Shown here: in pieces, positions 61,138 through 64,000 of the stretch
Numbering within the stretch: position 1 is the first letter of the stretch
Layout: every line of letters begins with the position of its first letter
DNA from: Candidatus Latescibacterota bacterium
GTDB taxonomy: Bacteria > Latescibacterota > UBA2968
DNA: 64,000 nucleotides
NCBI GenBank assembly: GCA_965222605.1
Contig: OZ244960.1
Coordinates: 3,264,001-3,328,000 of the forward strand
Direction: 5' to 3'
The notes under the pieces: model-generated
Databases searched by the model: none
Told to the model about the DNA's origin: nothing
What the model saw: only the letters and a program-made list of their open reading frames with translations
Position numbers and translations under genes: made by a program

Positions 61138-62369
61138 GGTGTGGCTCCAGATGGCAATAGGGTGCGGCGCACGAGCAGGGCAATGATGCCTGAAATGGCA
61201 ATGGCTGTGACCATGGAGATGGATGAGGTGCTGTAAAACTGACTGAAGAGGGTGACAAATAATCCCGCCGTGCTCATTTGTATAAATCCCATGAGGGCGG
61301 AGGCAAGCCCGGCTTTTTCCGGATAGGGTACGATTGCGCCGGCCATTGCCTGGGGGCGCACCATACCACCGCCCATGGTGAACAAACACATTGGGGCGAT
61401 GATGCTGATGACCGAAAATACGCCTGCGAGTTTGAGTCCCAGCAGGAGCAGGCCCGCGCCTGCTGCAATCAGGCTGCCAATTTGAATGATGCGTGCGCTG
61501 CCGAGGCGATTGTTGAGGCGGGCAGATAAAAATGCGCCGATCATGAGTCCCACGGCGACCGATCCAAAACAGAAGCCGTAGATTTGGGGGGAGACGCCCA
61601 ACTCGGTGATGAGTACGAAAGATGAGTTTGTGATAAAAGCAAACATGCCCCAGAATAAAATGGCGACCATGAAGGTATATCCGAGGTACTGGCGGCTGCA
61701 CAAGAGGTCGCGGTAATTGGCTATCATGCGCGTTGGATTTATGGCTGTGGGATCGATCATGTTATTGGTTTCGGGCACTGCCCAGAGGTAGCCGAAGAAG
61801 AACAAGCCGCCCAGCGCACTGAGTACGACAAAGACGGCTTGCCATCCAAAATGGGCTTGCAAAAATCCACCTATTATAGGTGCGAGAATGGGGGCGAGAG
61901 CAATGGCTGTGGCCATGTAGGACATTATTCTGGCGGCGTGGGTTTTGCCGTATATGTCGCGTACTACAGCGCGGCTTACAGAAGGACCGCTGCCCCCGGC
62001 AAATCCCTGCAATACACGCGCCAGGATGAGTGCGCCTACTGTGGGTGCAAATAGGCAGCCCAGGCCCGCGAGCGCGTAACAGGCCAGGCCAATGAGCAAG
62101 ATGGGTCGTCGGCCAAATTGGTCAGAGAGTGGGCCAAAGACGAGTTGTGCAGTGCCCAGTGCTATTAAGAAGAAGGTGACGGCGGGCTGGATATGGGTGG
62201 GATGGGTTTGAAACTCCTCAACCATTGCGGGCATTGAGGGCAAAAACATGTCAATGGATAGGGGGGGCAGGCCAGACAGGCCGGTTAGCAAGATGGGAAT
62301 GAGGATGCGAGATGTGGGAGATCGCTGTTCTGCGCTCAAATTATGTCCTTTTATGGGTAGGAGAGGCAT
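61134..62369 (-). CDS. Bcr/CflA-family MFS transporter
   Basis: IDMFLPSMP, GPLSDQFGRRP and APILAPIIGG; 12 TM. Confidence 0.9.
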   Translation of the reverse strand: MPLLPIKGHNLSAEQRSPTSRILIPILLTGLSGLPPLSIDMFLPSMPAMVEEFQTHPTHIQPAVTFFLIALGTAQLVFGPLSDQFGRRPILLIGLACYALAGLGCLFAPTVGALILARVLQGFAGGSGPSVSRAVVRDIYGKTHAARIMSYMATAIALAPILAPIIGGFLQAHFGWQAVFVVLSALGGLFFFGYLWAVPETNNMIDPTAINPTRMIANYRDLLCSRQYLGYTFMVAILFWGMFAFITNSSFVLITELGVSPQIYGFCFGSVAVGLMIGAFLSARLNNRLGSARIIQIGSLIAAGAGLLLLGLKLAGVFSVISIIAPMCLFTMGGGMVRPQAMAGAIVPYPEKAGLASALMGFIQMSTAGLFVTLFSQFYSTSSISMVTAIAISGIIALLVRRTLLPSGATP

Positions 62370-62397
62370 CCCTGCCTTGATTTCTGTGAGAGAGGGA

Positions 62398-62625
62398 CTA
62401 AATCAAGGATATGATAAACCAGATAATGACGATGGCGATAAAGGGCGAGATGTCCAGGCCACCCAGATCGGGCAACAGACGGCGAATGGGTACGAGCACC
62501 GGATCTGTGATGGCGCATATTATTCTGATGAGTGGGTTGGATGGATTGGGATTTATCCATGAGATGAGTGCTCGCGCAATGATGATGTAGCCGTAAATTG
62601 TGAGCAGGTTTACCAGGAAGAACAT
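62398..62625 (-). CDS. YggT family membrane protein
   Basis: RALISWINP..NP...ITDPVLVPIRRLLP..GGLDISP. Confidence 0.9.
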   Translation of the reverse strand: MFFLVNLLTIYGYIIIARALISWINPNPSNPLIRIICAITDPVLVPIRRLLPDLGGLDISPFIAIVIIWFIISLI

Positions 62626-62892
62626 AAGAGGGCCTTTCGCAATGCGGTTGTAAGAAGCTGTTTTAAGATAGCTTCTAAGAATAGATGTGATAAATTATTG
62701 CTTTGCGCGAGAAAAGCAACGGAAAAGCCAGGGCTAAGCGGCGCGTGTTTTTTTTAAGGACCAGAGGCTTTTTAGATGTTGCACACGTTGGAAAAATTTG
62801 GTATTAATAAGCGATCAGTAATCAGCCTGTAGCTCCCCAACCCATCCTGGACGCCTACTTAAGGCATGCAGGCGTGACGACAGGAATAGCGA

Positions 62893-62965
62893 ATGTCATC
62901 GCGGCATGGTTAAAGCCGCGATCCAGGAGGTTTTTAGCTGGGACGGCACAGGGACCGTCCCCTAC
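62893..62965. repeat. Two adjacent REP-like palindromes of different families
   Basis: GTCATCGCGGC-atggttaaa-GCCGCGATCCAG and GGGACGGCACAGGGACCGTCCCCTAC. Confidence 0.7.
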
Positions 62966-62987
62966 CACTGACCATCGAGACCTTTTT

Positions 62988-64000
62988 ATGCGTTCCAGAT
63001 ATTTTTTTCTTTTACTTTGTCTTTTGCCGATGCACGCACTGGCAAGTTCGCCGGCATATCAAAAGGTCACCGATGTTTCGCTTGCGGGCGCGCTTGCTCT
63101 CCAGCACTATCGCCTCGCCAATGGTCTTCAGGTTGCGATTGTCGAGGACGATACCCGACCTGTTGTGACGTGTTATATCGCCTATCGCGTGGGGTCTGTT
63201 CACGAAGCACCTGGCCGGCAGGGCATGGCACATCTGGCCGAGCACCTCGCGCTGGATCGCTCATTTTTAGAATCGCTCTATCTTTTGGGCGCGCCACATG
63301 CCAATGCCAGCACGTCGAAAGATGGCACAAAATATTATGCGACTGTTCCCAAAGCGCAATTGGATACGCTGATTGCCTATTTTGCGCGCGGTATGACACA
63401 TTTTGATGTTTCGCAGGAAGAATTCGATCTCGAAAAAGAGGTGGTTCTGGCCGAATGGGCGAAAGATGCTCGAAATCCGCGTGATCTTCTTGCTAAAAAA
63501 CTTCATGCCCGCATGTTTGCAGGGCATCCCTATCAGTACGGTGTTTTGGGTCATCGAGATACGATTGAGACTTTTACTCTGAAGCAAGCGATCGCATTTC
63601 ACAAGCGTTATTACGTGCCGAATAATGCATGTCTTGCAATTGTCGGCGATGTGAAAGGGACTGATATTTTGCCTGTTATAGTTCAAAATTTTGGAGAGAT
63701 TCCGAAGCGCGAGGGGTTTATTCACGACGATATTGATACGCTGGATGTCGCGTCTGTACCCCAGGATTCCATGCAATCTACAACTGCGCTACATTCTTCT
63801 GTTTGGGGCGTTTGGCATATTCCAATAGATACACATCCAGACTCTTATCCTTTGTATTTGTTTGACCTATCTCTTTTTGAAGGTGAATATTCTCTTGTTC
63901 GTCAAAGACTAATTGGCTCGGGAAAGGTTCTTGGAGTAAATTCCCATTTTCTCAATATGCGCTATAAAGGGCTATTTTATTTTTATGCCGATTTACCTTC
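62988..64000 (+). CDS. M16 (pitrilysin) family zinc peptidase, runs off the window end; missing from the ORF track
   Basis: Manual translation: signal peptide MRSRYFFLLLCLLPMHALA, LANGLQV, RVGSVHE..GRQGMAHLAEH (HxxEH), HPYQYGVLG, YYVPNNA. Confidence 0.9.
   Translation, partial: MRSRYFFLLLCLLPMHALASSPAYQKVTDVSLAGALALQHYRLANGLQVAIVEDDTRPVVTCYIAYRVGSVHEAPGRQGMAHLAEHLALDRSFLESLYLLGAPHANASTSKDGTKYYATVPKAQLDTLIAYFARGMTHFDVSQEEFDLEKEVVLAEWAKDARNPRDLLAKKLHARMFAGHPYQYGVLGHRDTIETFTLKQAIAFHKRYYVPNNACLAIVGDVKGTDILPVIVQNFGEIPKREGFIHDDIDTLDVASVPQDSMQSTTALHSSVWGVWHIPIDTHPDSYPLYLFDLSLFEGEYSLVRQRLIGSGKVLGVNSHFLNMRYKGLFYFYADLP

Noticed and set aside
60205-61701. 498-aa ORF suggesting a ROK protein with a long N-terminal extension
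   Set aside because: The extension is an alternative frame overlapping the MFS gene; the real start is ATG 61137 (ATGA overlap)

Overview
Bacterial chromosomal window, probably from an FCB-affiliated lineage such as Latescibacterota or Gemmatimonadota. That assignment is inferred from gene content: GWxTD proteins, DUF6785-type membrane proteins, a long SecA and PhyH dioxygenases. Core genes include cspA, CIRCE-controlled groES-groEL, secA, nusB, ribD(reductase only)-ribE-ribBA-ribH, rlmH and udk. There is a ~16 kb sodium-bioenergetics block (nqrABCDEF-apbE-nqrM, an MrpA-less Mrp antiporter and a porin-like gene) and a catabolic-looking cluster (MFS, ROK, ThDP enzyme, PhyH, amidohydrolase). 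Accessory material includes several toxin-antitoxin modules, decayed genes and REP-like repeats. The most interesting items are: (i) a 1521-aa protein fusing a nicastrin/nicalin-like degenerate M28 domain to an FtsX/MacB permease, near two DUF6785-type membrane proteins and a TPR-GWxTD protein; (ii) an unannotated, promoter-led, highly structured ~280-nt RNA with several UCCC loops downstream of rlmH, with similar structured leaders before nqrA and an M16 peptidase; (iii) a four-Cys insertion in SecA. No CRISPR array, tRNA, rRNA or intact transposase was recognised. All family calls come from motif recognition, not database searches.
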